This document shows, one piece after another, positions 1 to 11,097 of a DNA stretch of 64,000 bases (its first letter is position 1; the number at the start of each line of letters is the position of its first letter). Source of the stretch: Felis catus (taxonomy: Eukaryota); assembly GCF_018350175.1 (NCBI RefSeq), contig NC_058376.1, positions 157,604,001 to 157,668,000 on the forward strand, read 5' to 3'. The position numbers and the translations under genes are program-made. Under the pieces are notes generated by a model, which was not told where the DNA came from, did not search any database, and saw nothing but the letters and a program-made list of their open reading frames with translations.

Positions 1-1545
1 CGAGAAAACCCAGATGATCTTGGGTTTGATGATGACTTTTTAGATAGCACAAAAGGCATAATTCATGAAAGGAAGAATTGATAAGCTGGGCTTAATTAAA
101 ATTGAAAACATCTGCTCTGTGAAAGACAGTATTGAGAGGATGAGAAGACAAGTGACAAATTGGGAGAAAATAGTTGCAAAAGAAAAATCTGATAAGGGAC
201 TGGTACCCAAAATGCGCAGAGAACTTTTAAAACTCAACCATAAGAAAGAAAAAAAAACTGATTTAAAAGTGGGCCATAGACCTTAACAGACACCTCACAA
301 AAGAAGGTATATAAATGCGAAGTAAACATGTAAAAACATGCTTTACGTCATACGCCATCGGGGAAACGCGTATTAAAACAGCAATGAGATACACTACATA
401 CCCATTAGAATGTTCAAAATCCAGAACCCTGACAGCACCAAATGCTGGTGAGGGTGCGGGGCCGCAGAAACTCTTCTACGCTGCTGGTGGAAAGGCAAAA
501 TGGTACAGCCGCCGTGGAAGCCAGTTTGCTGCTTCTTACAAAACGAAACGTACTCACACCGTATGATTCAGCCATTGCACTATTTCGCATTTACCAAAAG
601 GAACTGAAAGTTTGTGTCCACGCAAAAGCTTCCGCTATAGTTTTTAGAGGATTTATTCATAATTGCTCAAACCTAGACATAACCTCGGTGTTCTTCAGTG
701 GGTGAACAGATAAATAAACTGTGGTGCATCTTGACAATGGAATATTATTCAGTGCTAAAATGAAATAAGGAATCAAGCCATGAAAACATATGGAGAAACC
801 TTCAATGGATGTTACTAAGTAAAAGAAACTAATCTAAAAAGGCTGGAAAGGGGCGCCTGGGTGGCGCAGTCGGTTAAGCATCCGACTTCAGCCAAGTCAC
901 GATCTCGCGGTCCAGGAGTTCGAGCCCCGCGTCCGGCTCTGGGCCGAGGCCGATGGCTCGGAGCCTGGAGCCTGTTTCCGATTCTGTGTCTCCCTCTCTC
1001 TCTGCCCCTCCCCCGTTCATGCTCTGTCTCTCTCTGTCCCAAAAATAAATAAACGTTGAAAAAAAATTTTTTTTAAATAAAAAAAAAATAAAAAAAAAAA
1101 TAAAAAGGCTGGAAAGACACGCTATACAACTGCAACTAGATGGCATTCTGGAAAAGCTGCCATGTTGGAGAAACACTATGGAGAGAGTAAAAAGATCCAC
1201 GGTTTCCAGGGGGTGGGAAGAGGTGAATAGGCAGAGTACAGGGGAATTTTAGGGCAGTGAAACTAGTCATATGATGCTATACTGATGGATACATGTGACT
1301 ACACATTTTTACAAACTCAGAATGGTCAACACCAAGAGTGAGCCCTAAGGAACACCGTAGACTTTGGGTGATAATTCGTGTGTCGATGTAGATTCATCAG
1401 TGGTAACAAATGTACTGCTCTGGGGGGACATGTTGATAACGGGGAGGCTATGCACGTGTTGGGGCAGGAGGTATATGGGAAATATCTGTGCCTTCTTCTG
1501 CATTTGGCTGTAAGCCTAAAGCTGCTCTAAAAAAACAAAGGCCAC
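1..1545 (+). mobile_element. Old LINE-1 (L1MC1-like), ORF2 3' end plus 3' UTR, decayed, interrupted by a SINE
   Basis: Motifs resembling the ORF2 C-terminus (ORF 65..286 'IDKLGLIKIENICSVKD...NWEKI'; GATAAATAAACTGTGGT..ACAATGGAATATTATTCAG). The L1MC-type 3' UTR reads GTAGATTCATCAGTGGTAACAAATGTAC...GGTATATGGGAAAT and ends in an A-rich tract. Confidence 0.9.
850..1100 (+). mobile_element. Can-SINE, young felid SINEC_Fc type
   Basis: A box TGGCGCAGTCGG, B box GTTCGAGCC, CT-rich segment and A tail. Perfect 16-bp TSD TAAAAAGGCTGGAAAG at 835-850 and 1101-1116. Confidence 0.97.
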
Positions 1546-1639
1546 AAAAAAAATGGTCTAAGATTCTTTGAAGGTTTAGAAAATGCATCTGGTATGTTTA
1601 GAGGTTGGGAGGTTTGGAGACTATAAACAACACTAATCC

Positions 1640-1790
1640 AAAGGGTACAACATTTGTTTTAACTGGCTAGCATAATATTGGTATGAAAAGTAGACAAAGA
1701 CAATACAAGGAAATAAAATTGCATACCAAATTCACATATGAACACCAATGTACAAGTCCTAAGTAAAATATTAGCAAATTCAGTCCTCTA
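1640..1790 (+). mobile_element. LINE-1 ORF2 fragment (start of RT region), decayed
   Basis: Nucleotide similarity to the ORF2 segment encoding [35 protein letters not shown]. Confidence 0.7.
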
Positions 1791-1929
1791 GATACTGCTG
1801 TGTCAGGCACGCTCTCTGTTCACCCCCTGTAGGTTATCTCAGACACTCAAGATTCTCAGGTCAGTATCTTTGGGCATGACTCCCCCCGAACTTTCTACTG
1901 CTGGCTGATGTAGACATTGTCAGGCTTCA

Positions 1930-2100
1930 TAAGTATCTAAAGGTTGCAGTGCCCAACACCAACCTTGATTACCCTTGCTTTATCTTATTTATGCCTCTCC
2001 AGTCTTCCCAATCTTGGTTGATGGCAACTCCATCCTTCCTTTCCTTTGTTCAAACTCCTTGGAGTCACCCTTGACCGCTCTCTTCCTCTCACACCTGTAT
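1930..2100 (+). mobile_element. LINE-2 (L2a-like) fragment
   Basis: ATGGCAACTCCATCCTTCC...CCTTGGAGTCACCCTTGACCGCTCTCTTCCTCTCACACC, a characteristic L2 segment. Confidence 0.8.
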
Positions 2101-2510
2101 CCTCTTCTTTGTTTTTCTAGAAGATACTGTTTAGAATTGGTGTTAATTTTTCTTTAAATATTTGGTAAAATTCTTCGGTGACACCATCTAGGCATGATGA
2201 CTTCTTTTTGGGGAACTTTTAATTTGTGAATTACAATTTTTAGTGGCTTCAGACTATTTATTCTATCTTTGTTGAGCGTGGTTTTCAAGGAATTGATTCG
2301 TTTATCCTAAGTTGTCAAATTTGTAGGGGAAAGTTTATAATATTCCTTTATTTTATTTTTCATGCCTGCAGGATCTGTGGTGATGACCTTTGATCTTTTC
2401 CCTGTGTTGGTGATTTGTATATTCTCCTTTTATTTTTGTCAGTCTTGCTAGAAGTTTTTTCAAAGAATCATCTATTTGTTCTATTGATTTTCTCTATTGT
2501 TTTATTTCTT
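2101..2510 (-). mobile_element. LINE-1 ORF2 fragment, decayed
   Basis: The reverse complement resembles the PDGFTGEFYQTFKEELTPIL..LFQK coding region; the + strand is T-rich. Confidence 0.8.
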
Positions 2511-2519
2511 CTATATAGC

Positions 2520-4330
2520 ATATATTTAAGTATGACTCTTTAATCCCAGTTGAAGTATTGGATCTTGCTTTAAATAAATATATCTTATGTACACAGTATT
2601 TTTTGACAAAAGAGTTTGGACATATTCTATGTCATGCTCTCTATTTTTAATCACTCACTGAATTGTTTCTATTCTCTTTGTTTTGCTGTGTGTGTATGTG
2701 TGTGTGCTTTCCTCTAGTAATTTGGGCTGTGTAGATCTCGTCTATTTTGAAAAAAATTTATACTGCTATTATAAAAATTATCCTATGTTTTTATATAATA
2801 ACTTGAAATCATTTTTGAGATACTAGGTAATGCTTACTTATTTCCCAATGTGAAATATGAATAATTATCACATTTGTGCTTCTAACACCACTGGACTTGT
2901 GTTAATTATATGATTATTTTTACTTGTTTACCTTACATGATTTCACAATAGACGGACACACTTGTTAGTTAACTCGTAACTGATAATGTGTTTAGTGTCT
3001 GCCTTATGTGAAATTTGAGGATACTGAACTGCTTAAAGTAGTCTGCACCACTCAATCTTTCACTTCTTTTCTCGATTTTTGTTAGTGATACTATTTCATA
3101 TCATCATGGTTTTTAACATCTGTGTTCTTTTCTGTAATTAACACTTCCCTAGCGTGGCCTTAGTTCTACGTGCAAATGGGTTTGATGCTCACTAGTCCTT
3201 TTACCTTGGCTTTTCCATCTTCTCTTGAAAGATAGGTATTTTGAAGAAAGACTTATTCCCTAATTTTTGTATGTTTGATCTTTTTTTTTTGTATGGCATT
3301 TGCTTTTGGGTGACAACTTTGCTGGAATAAATTCACCCTAAGTTGGTTACATTTTCTTTCCTTGATGACTTCGTGGATATTGATTTACTGGCTTCTACTC
3401 TTGAGTATTGTGTGGAAAGTCTAAAGCAAAGCAGATTCTCATGATCCATGATTAAATGGGTAAACTCAAATTAAAACTAAAACTAAAACTAAAAAATAAA
3501 ATGAAAAAATAAAACCAGCAAAATGAATTGGAATAGAGTTGTGACAGGATTCAAAAGAAATGAAAAATATGAAAGACAAAGAAGAACCAACATTAGTATC
3601 CTTAAAAAAGAGAATAAAATATAACATAATATTCAAAGTCATAGCAGAAAAAACTTTACTGAAACAAAAAAATATTTGAATCTGGAGATTAAAAACCTTT
3701 GCTATTGGGGCGCGTGGGTGGCTCAATCTGTTGAGCGTTGGACTTTAGCTCAGGTCATGATCTCACGGCTCGTGGGTTCGAGCCCCGACAGCTTGGAGCC
3801 TGGAGCCTGCTTTGGATTGTGTGTCTCCCTCTCTTTCTGCCCCTCGCCCCCGCTCGTGCTCGTGCTCTCTCTCTCTCAAAAATAAATAAAAATTAAAATA
3901 AACATTTAAAAAAACTTTTGCTACATTATCTTATCTTTGTTTTATGATATTTCATTCTTTTTTCTTTTTCTAATATTAATTTTATTTTTAAATACTTTGT
4001 TTTCTTGAGACCTGCCATATCATTTTTCATCTCCTTCTGTTACAATTTCTTTGAATGTTTATTTCTCTTCTTTGAGCTTTTTCTTTTTCTTTTCTTTTTT
4101 TTTTAATTAAAGCTATATGTATAACTTCTGTTTTCTTGCATGGAGAAGTGTTGGTCTATAAATTTTCCTCTGTTTTGTTGCAAGTGTTCTGCCATATTTA
4201 TTTGCTTTTTGTATGTCATACTTGCATCATTACCTTATTCTCTTGGCATATTTACATCGGTTTTGCATTATTCCTTTTCATGTTATTCATTTTTTAATGG
4301 AGGCTGATGCTTTCTTGGTCAGCTCTTTTA
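2520..4330 (-). mobile_element. HAL1/old L1 ORF1-region debris (contains an internal + strand segment ~3450-3930)
   Basis: T-rich + strand with GGCTTCTACTCTTGAGTATTGTGTGGAAAGTCTAAAGC, resembling HAL1/L1M antisense ORF1 sequence. Confidence 0.55.
3707..3912 (+). mobile_element. Can-SINE (SINEC_Fc2-like) with a short internal deletion
   Basis: SINE head and tail present. TSD AAAAAC(C/T)TTTGCTA with one mismatch. Confidence 0.93.
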
Positions 4331-4519
4331 TAGGAATCAAGCTGTGTGGAGAAAGATGAAGGGAATAAATTGGATCAAAAGCCACTTGGGCTTGGGTGGA
4401 TTGTCTCCAAATACTTTTCACCAACACTTCATCCTGCAGAATGGATTTGCTTCAGGTTGAAGCTCAATACATTTCTCACAACGATCAACAGTTGTCCTCT
4501 TCAGTTATCTGATGTATCA

Positions 4520-4890
4520 AATGCAGAATTGCTTGTCACTTTTTACCCCCTGCACTACCTACTGAGAGCCTGCTTTTTTGCAGAGATAGTGCGTGTGACT
4601 TAACACCTTATGGGGCAACCTATGACCAATGAGAGCAGAAGCTGGTAGATAATGTTGCCCTCTTCCATCCCCCAGCCACATCAAATTTCAAGCACATTCT
4701 GTATGGCTCCTCAGAAGTCCTAACAGGATCAGGCGCCAGTTTCCCACAACAATGACCAACCACAGAACACACACTCTAATGGTTATTCTTCCTGTCCCAT
4801 TTCCATATGCTTGTTCCCTGGAGGAACTTCCCAAACTAAACCACCTGGTATAAACTCTTCTCTTAGGCTCCCGTTTTTCAGATAGCAGCT
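4520..4890 (+). mobile_element. ERVL LTR (LTR16-like)
   Basis: GGGGCAACCTATGACCAATGAG..GCTGGTAGATAA..CCAGTTTCCCACA..CTTCCCAAACTAAACCACCTG matches the recalled LTR16 layout. Confidence 0.7.
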
Positions 4891-5169
4891 CTCTTTTAAG
4901 AGTGTGGTTTGGAATTTTGACTATTTTTTTTCTTTCATCAAGAAAGAAAAGTGCTCTGTCCTGCCTCTACAAAGCATCTTGAAATGGTAGGGGTTATAGA
5001 GTACGTGTCTTGAAAGCCCCAATATTTAACATGGGACCTGCCTTACAGTAGGTATTCAGCAAATTTTGAATGACTGAATGGAGATAAGCAGAGGGCTGCA
5101 TTCTCTTTATTGGGGGTAATGACAATGTGGTAGCTCATGGAATCCTCTCACGGAGATGTGGCATCACAT

Positions 5170-5395
5170 GGAAATAAGAGTTCAGTCTAAGAGTTCATTT
5201 CCACTCTTCCTCTTATTGACTGGGTGGGGCCTTGGCAAGTTATTTAACTTATTTGAGCTTCATTTTTTCCCCCTATAAGTGGGAACAGTGATACTTGCTT
5301 CATCAGGTTATTACAAAAAATTAAATGAAACAACGCTATGCTTGGAGTTTTGTAAACACTTGTAAATGCTTGGTATTATTATTACCATTATTATT
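5170..5395 (+). mobile_element. MIR SINE
   Basis: MIR core CCTTGGCAAGTTATTTAACTT..TGAGCTTCATTTTTTCCCCCTATAAGTGGGAACAGTGATACTT. Confidence 0.8.
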
Positions 5396-6289
5396 GTACC
5401 ATCTTGTGTTCTTCCAGTCAGGGAGAAAATAAACTAACGTGCTGTCAGTTACACAGAACAGGGTTTGCCGATCTGGGCACTAAAACTTTTAACCTGACTC
5501 AGGTTTGACAAATGCCCTAAGTGGCTCCCTTAATAACTTAGACCTAGGAATAGTAGGAAAAGAAGAACATGCTTAAGAATGGATGATGTGTAAGAACCCA
5601 AATTCTCCTTCCCATGTCTGGGGGCGGAGGGGTGGGGCGGGCAAGGAAGATGTTATCTAAAGACATCTTTGCACTCCATCTGTCCAGCATCTCATGCCGA
5701 CCTGCGGGGAGCAAGAGAGTGGTCCTTTTATGGTAGCTCAGTTAGAGGCCAGCTCCAGAGTGGACATGGGATAAGGTGGGACTCCTAATCATGCCCCTGG
5801 TGCTCCAAATGGGTGGGCAGGGTGAAATTTCTGAGCCCCTGCTGGGCCCCACCCAAACTGGGGGAGGGGGGGGCTCTACCTATAGCAAATCCTGCTGGAA
5901 AACTCTAATCCTGGGAGGGTGAGGACCAAGGGCCAGGGAGGAACTCCCTGCCCTGGTAGAGTTAACTGGGTCCTGACAGGAAGATGAGCAGGGCAGTCTG
6001 GGTTGCTGCTGCTGCTGCTACACCATGGAGGACAGTGCCACTCAACTAAGGTGGTGTGGCAGGTATGGCTAAAAGATGAAGTCAGATGCACACGGGCAGA
6101 GGAAGTGCAGATGAGACCATGGAGGTGATGGGCAAATGGTTTCCTTCTGCCACATCCATGATGCTTGGGAAGCTGGGCAATACAGGTAATGAACATGATC
6201 CCACCTCTGCCTGTTACCAGCTATATGACAAAGGCAAATTGTTTCCTTTAATTGGATCCGGTGCCCTTATCTGTTAGCTTGGGAAGTGG

Positions 6290-7040
6290 ATATTAATTGA
6301 GTACCTATGATGACACTGGTGCTATTGTAAGGCCCTGGAGATATATCTATGAAGAGAATAAAAGTTATCGATGAAGATTAGATTTGGCCCCATAAAATAG
6401 AAAGACCAAAGAACTTAAACAAGATCAGGGGTTTATTTGTTTATGTCACATAAAGCAAGTCTAGAGACCCCCAGATCAGAGTTGTTATGGTGGCTCTGTA
6501 GTCACCAAGGACACAGAATTTTTTTTATTTCTCTGGTATGTTATTCTTATGCTATTTTATCACCAAGGGCACCTCATGGTCCCAAAATAATTAATGTAAC
6601 CCCAGCCATCATATCACATGAAGAAGGAAGAAGGGAAATGGATGAAAGGGAGCCCCTTCCAGCTAAGAGCTTTTCAAGAAGCTCACAGAATTATTTCCTA
6701 CATATAGTTGTCTGCTTCTACCAGCCAGGCAGATTGGGAAATGTAGCTTTGTAAGCCAGATATGTTGCCACAGCCATCATTGTAGGGGTTCTGTTTATAA
6801 GGATGACAGGGAGAAATGTGACCCAGAAATCTCCACCACAAACAGACAAGTTCCTGGTTCTCAGGGAGTTTATGTCCTAGCAGAGAAAGTTAGATAACCA
6901 ACAAGAAAACAAATTAAAAGGTAATTTTAGATGGTGATAAGCTCTGTCAAGAAAACAGAATGTAGTGGTGAAATATAGTGGGTGGTAGGAGGGTGGTGGG
7001 AATCCAGTTTGGATTGGCAGGACAAAAAATATCCTCGAGA
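6290..7040 (-). mobile_element. L2 3' end, split by an MLT1 LTR
   Basis: TTAATTGAGTACCTATGA..GGCCCTGGAGATAT resumes after the LTR as ACAGACAAGTTCCTGGTTCTCAGGGAGTTTAT..GATGGTGATAAG. Confidence 0.7.
6370..6835 (-). mobile_element. MaLR LTR (MLT1I/J-like)
   Basis: AACTTAAACAAGAT..GTTTATT..CCTCATGGTCCCAAAAT..CCAGCCATC..GGGAAATGTAGCTTT. Confidence 0.65.
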
Positions 7041-7229
7041 GGAAAAAGTTCCAAAAACCCTTCTAATTCTGACATTCTGTGATTTGAGGTATCTGAACAA
7101 CCTTCCCCCACCCCACCCTCATCCATGAGGAAAATAGTGATAGTAAGGAGGTTTTCTATAAGCCAAATACATCCCTTCCCCACAAACTCTTAATTCCTCT
7201 TATTATGTTCAATTCCATCCTATCGGTAC

Positions 7230-7510
7230 ATGTATCAGATTCTTTCAACTGCAAGAGACAGAAAACCTATCTCAAATGGGTTAGGCATTAAAGAAATGTA
7301 GCCTCTAACAGAGTTGGAAGTTCAAAAACAAGGGCGAGCTCAAGGGCTACTTGATTCAGCAGTTTGTCAATGTCACTTAGGACTTGGGCTCTTTCTGTTT
7401 CCTGGCTGTGCCATCCTCATGGGTCAGCTCCGTTATCTGGCCCTTAGCAAGATGGCTGCACCATTCTGGCCACCGTTCTGTTACGACAACATCTAGATGG
7501 AGAAGAAAGA
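7230..7510 (-). mobile_element. MaLR LTR (MLT1K-like)
   Basis: CAGATTCTTTCAACTGCAAGAGACAGAAAACC..AGCAAGATGGCTGC. Confidence 0.65.
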
Positions 7511-7599
7511 CAACCTCGCCCTGTGTGACTGTTGACCTCCCTTCAGGCTCACCGATTCTTTCTTCTGCCTTCTCAAATCCTAGTAATTTTTTCATTTTT

Positions 7600-9666
7600 C
7601 ATTTTTCTTGGGTTTTCTTTGACTAATGGGTAATTTAGAAATGTGTTGTTTAATTTCCACCATATTTGGAGATTTCCCAGACACCTTTCTATTGTTAATG
7701 TCTAGTTTATTGCATACTGATCAGAATACAAAATCTGTGTTGATTACATCTTTTTATATGTATTGAGACTTGCATTATGGTCCAGAATATGGTCTATCTT
7801 GGAGAATGTCCTATGTGCACCTGAAAAGAGTATTCTGCTGTGTTGGTTGGAGTGTCCTACAGATGTTAGTTGAGCCAAGTTGGTTGGCACCTTGCTTCCA
7901 GTCTTCTCAGGCCCTGTGGGTTCTCTGACAACTGAGACAGGAATATGAAGTCTTCGATGATAACTGTGAATTTGTCTATTTCTCTTATAACTATGCAATC
8001 TCCCTATTTATCCATGGTAAAAATTGCTAGTACTGAATCGTACCTTCTCTGATAATAATTTAGCTACTCTAGCTTCTTTATTATTAGGGTCTGCACAGTA
8101 TGACATTTTCCATCTTAGAACTTTTAATCTATATGTGTATATATTTTTTAAGTGTTTTTTTTAAGAAAGTACATAGTTGAGCCTTGCTTTTTAAATTGCA
8201 GTCGAATAATTTCTATGTTTTATTTGGGATGCTTAGACAAATTACATTTAGTGTGATTATCCATATAGTTGGATTTAAGCTACCATCTTGCTGTTGAATT
8301 TCATTTTTTAGTGTTCTATTACATTGTCACTTTGGCTTATTGGTTATGCCTATTTGTTTTCTGTTTGTTTGTTTTTTGGTTGCTCAAGTGTATAGAATAT
8401 ACCTTTGACTTATTCTAGCATATCTTCAAATACTCTCTCATTTTATGTGTAGTATAAGAACCTTAACACAGCATCCCTTCATTTTCTCTACCTAGCCTGA
8501 GTGATATTACAGTCATCTTATCTTGCTTCCACATATGCTATAAAACACATAATACATCATTAGGAATTTTATTTATATGGTGGATAAAAATGAGAAAACT
8601 GCCCTTTATATATATCCATGTATTTCCTATTTCTAGCACTCTCTCCTCCTTTGGGTAGATCCAAGTTCTATCTCATGTAATTTATCTCTGCCTGAAAAGC
8701 TACTCTTAGCATATTTTTGTACGTTAATAATTTTGCTGGTGGCAAATTATCTTCTTTGTTTTTGTTGTCTGAAAAAGTCTGTTTTGCGTTAATTTTTGAA
8801 AGATTTGGGGGAGTATAAAATTCTAGGTTGATGGATTTTTTCCTTACAGCACTTTAATGAGATCATTCTATTGTTTTTTGGTTTGCATAGCTTCTGAACA
8901 AAAGTTTGTGAGATTCATATCTTTGTTCTTCTCTATATAATGCATATTTTTTCTTTTGTTGCTTTTAAGATTTTTCTTTTAATCATGAGTTTTCAGAAAT
9001 TTGAGTATAATGTGTCTTGATGTGGTTTTCTTTGTGTTTATCTTGCTTGGCATTTATTGAACTTTCTGGATCCATGGGTTTGTAATATTAATCAAATTTG
9101 GGAAATTTTGGTTGCTCATTCAAAATTTTTTCTGTCCATCCCATCTCTTTCTGAGGCTCCCATGCACATATGTTAGATTGATATTGTCCCAGAAGCCACA
9201 GTTCTATATTTTTAAGTCTTTTTTTTTTCCTTTTGTGCTTCATCTTGGATAGTTTCCATCCCTGTCTTCAGGATCAGTGAACATTTTTCTTCAATGTCTA
9301 ATATACTACTAATCCTATCTGGTGAATTTTTCATTTCAGATATTTTATTTTTCATGTCTATAAGTTTTGTATGATTAATCTTTATATCGTCTATTTCTAT
9401 GCTTATTGCTCTTCTGCCTTCCTTTGATCCTTTGTAAACATTTATAATAGCTGCTTTAAAGATCTGATTTGTTAATTCCACCATCTCTGTTAATTCCCCA
9501 TGGCTGTTTCAACTGTCTGAATTTTTTCCAGGCCTCGGGTGGCAACGTCTTATTTCTTCACGTGTCTTGTAAGTTTTGGCAGGATGTTATACATTGTGAA
9601 CTTTACATTGGTAGGCGCTGGATTTTGTGTACTTTTTAAAAAATTTTTGTTTCAGTTTATTCATTT

Positions 9667-9717
<51 letters not shown>

Positions 9718-10590
9718 ACACGAGTGCAGGAAGGGCAGAAAGAGAGGGAGACACAAACTCTGAAGCAGGCTCCAGGCTCTGAGTTGTCAGCACAGAGCCC
9801 GACACAGGGCTTGAACTCACAAACTGTGAGATCATGACCTGAGCCGAAGTTGGACCCTTAACTGACTGAGCCACCCAGGCACCCTGGATTTTGTGTACCT
9901 TTAAAGGGTGTTGGATCTTTGTATGGCATGCAGTTAACTTACTTGCAGATAGGCTTGATCCTTCTGAGGTTTGTTTTCAAGCTTTCAAATTTCCTTGGGG
10001 TGGTCCTGAGTAGGTTTGATTCTAAGACTAGGTTAAGCTCCACTGCTAAGATGTGACTTACCTGGGTTGCCACCAGAGGACTGAGAGTCTGCGAAGCCTC
10101 CGTTCCATTTGATATATGATTTCCTCCCAGCCCTATGTGAGGTCTATGACTTGTTTTGCTTATAGCTCCCTAGTTTTTCTTTTCTTAGCTTCATGGATCT
10201 TCACTCTATGCTTATGTGATTTACTAATCAGCAACAGACTCCAGGGATCCCTGTGCACTCTTCGGGAGCCATTTACTTAAGCAGCTTTTCCCTCTCCAGT
10301 GCTATGCCTCAAAAAATTCAGCCCCTTCATTTTTTCCTGAATGCAATCTCTGCCTCTTCAACTCAGAAAAAGCAATGCTCTGCTTGGATCCCCTTCCTTG
10401 CAGAAAGTACCTTCAGACAGAAAGCTAGGGTGATCCCAGGCTCATCTTGTTTGATCTTTTTCTCTCAGGTAGCAGTGTTGTCCAATGTCTGAAAGCTGTT
10501 ACTTCGAATATTTTGCTCAATTTTCTATTTCTTAACAGTGAGAAGTCAATCTGGTTCCAGTTACTCCATCATGGCTAAAAATAGAACATC
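7600..10590 (-). mobile_element. Old LINE-1 5' half (5' region, ORF1, ORF2 endonuclease), decayed
   Basis: ORF 7744..7998 contains 'FSGAHRTFSKIDHILDH', matching the L1 endonuclease C-terminal motif. ORF 9212..9484 'FKAAIIN...MKNKISEMKNSPDRISSILD' matches the ORF1p coiled coil. Many stops and frameshifts. Confidence 0.9.
9633..9884 (-). mobile_element. Can-SINE (SINEC_Fc2-like) with expanded (GA)n
   Basis: TSD TGGATTTTGTGTAC at 9619-9632 and 9885-9898; (GA)n tract ~9670-9712. Confidence 0.95.
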
Positions 10591-10598
10591 CTAATGCC

Positions 10599-10815
10599 TT
10601 TAAAAAAAATGTTTACTTATTTTTGAGAGAGAGAGAGAGAGAGAGCAAGCATGTGCATGAGCGGGGGAGGGGCAGAGAGAGAGGGAGACAGAGCATCTGA
10701 AGTGGGCTCTGTCCTGACAGCAGAGAGCCTGATGTGGGGCTCAAACTCATGAACCGTGAGATCATGACCTGAGCCAAAGCTGGACGCTTAACCAACTGAG
10801 CCACCCAGGTGCCCC
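10599..10815 (-). mobile_element. Can-SINE
   Basis: Reverse-complement SINE head ...CTGAGCCACCCAGGTGCCCC ending at 10815. Confidence 0.93.
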
Positions 10816-10889
10816 TATCTTTTTAGCACCCATGTCAATTAACATAATTCTAGCTCTACAGAGTTAAAATTTTTGAATAAAAATTAACA

Positions 10890-11097
10890 GGGGCACCTGG
10901 GTGGCTCAGTCAGTTAAGCATCCGACTTTGGCTCAGGTCATGATCTTACGGTTTGTGGGTTCGAGCCCTGAGTAGAGCTCTGTGCTGACAGCTCAGAGCC
11001 TAGAGTCTACTTTGGATTCTGTGTTTCCATCTCTCTCTCTTTGTCCCTCCCCTGCTCGCACCCTGTCTTTCTCTCTCTCAAAAATAAATAAACATTA
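10890..11097 (+). mobile_element. Can-SINE (SINEC_Fc2-like)
   Basis: Head GGGGCACCTGGGTGGCTCAG; TSD AAAAATTAACA on both sides. Confidence 0.95.

Noticed and set aside
850-930. tRNA-like A and B boxes
   Set aside because: These are the tRNA-derived heads of Can-SINEs, not tRNA genes; the recurring 'MAQSVK..' ORFs are SINE translations.
7744-9484. ORFs with real L1 protein motifs as a functional or domesticated gene
   Set aside because: Short remnants surrounded by stops and frameshifts in a decayed element.
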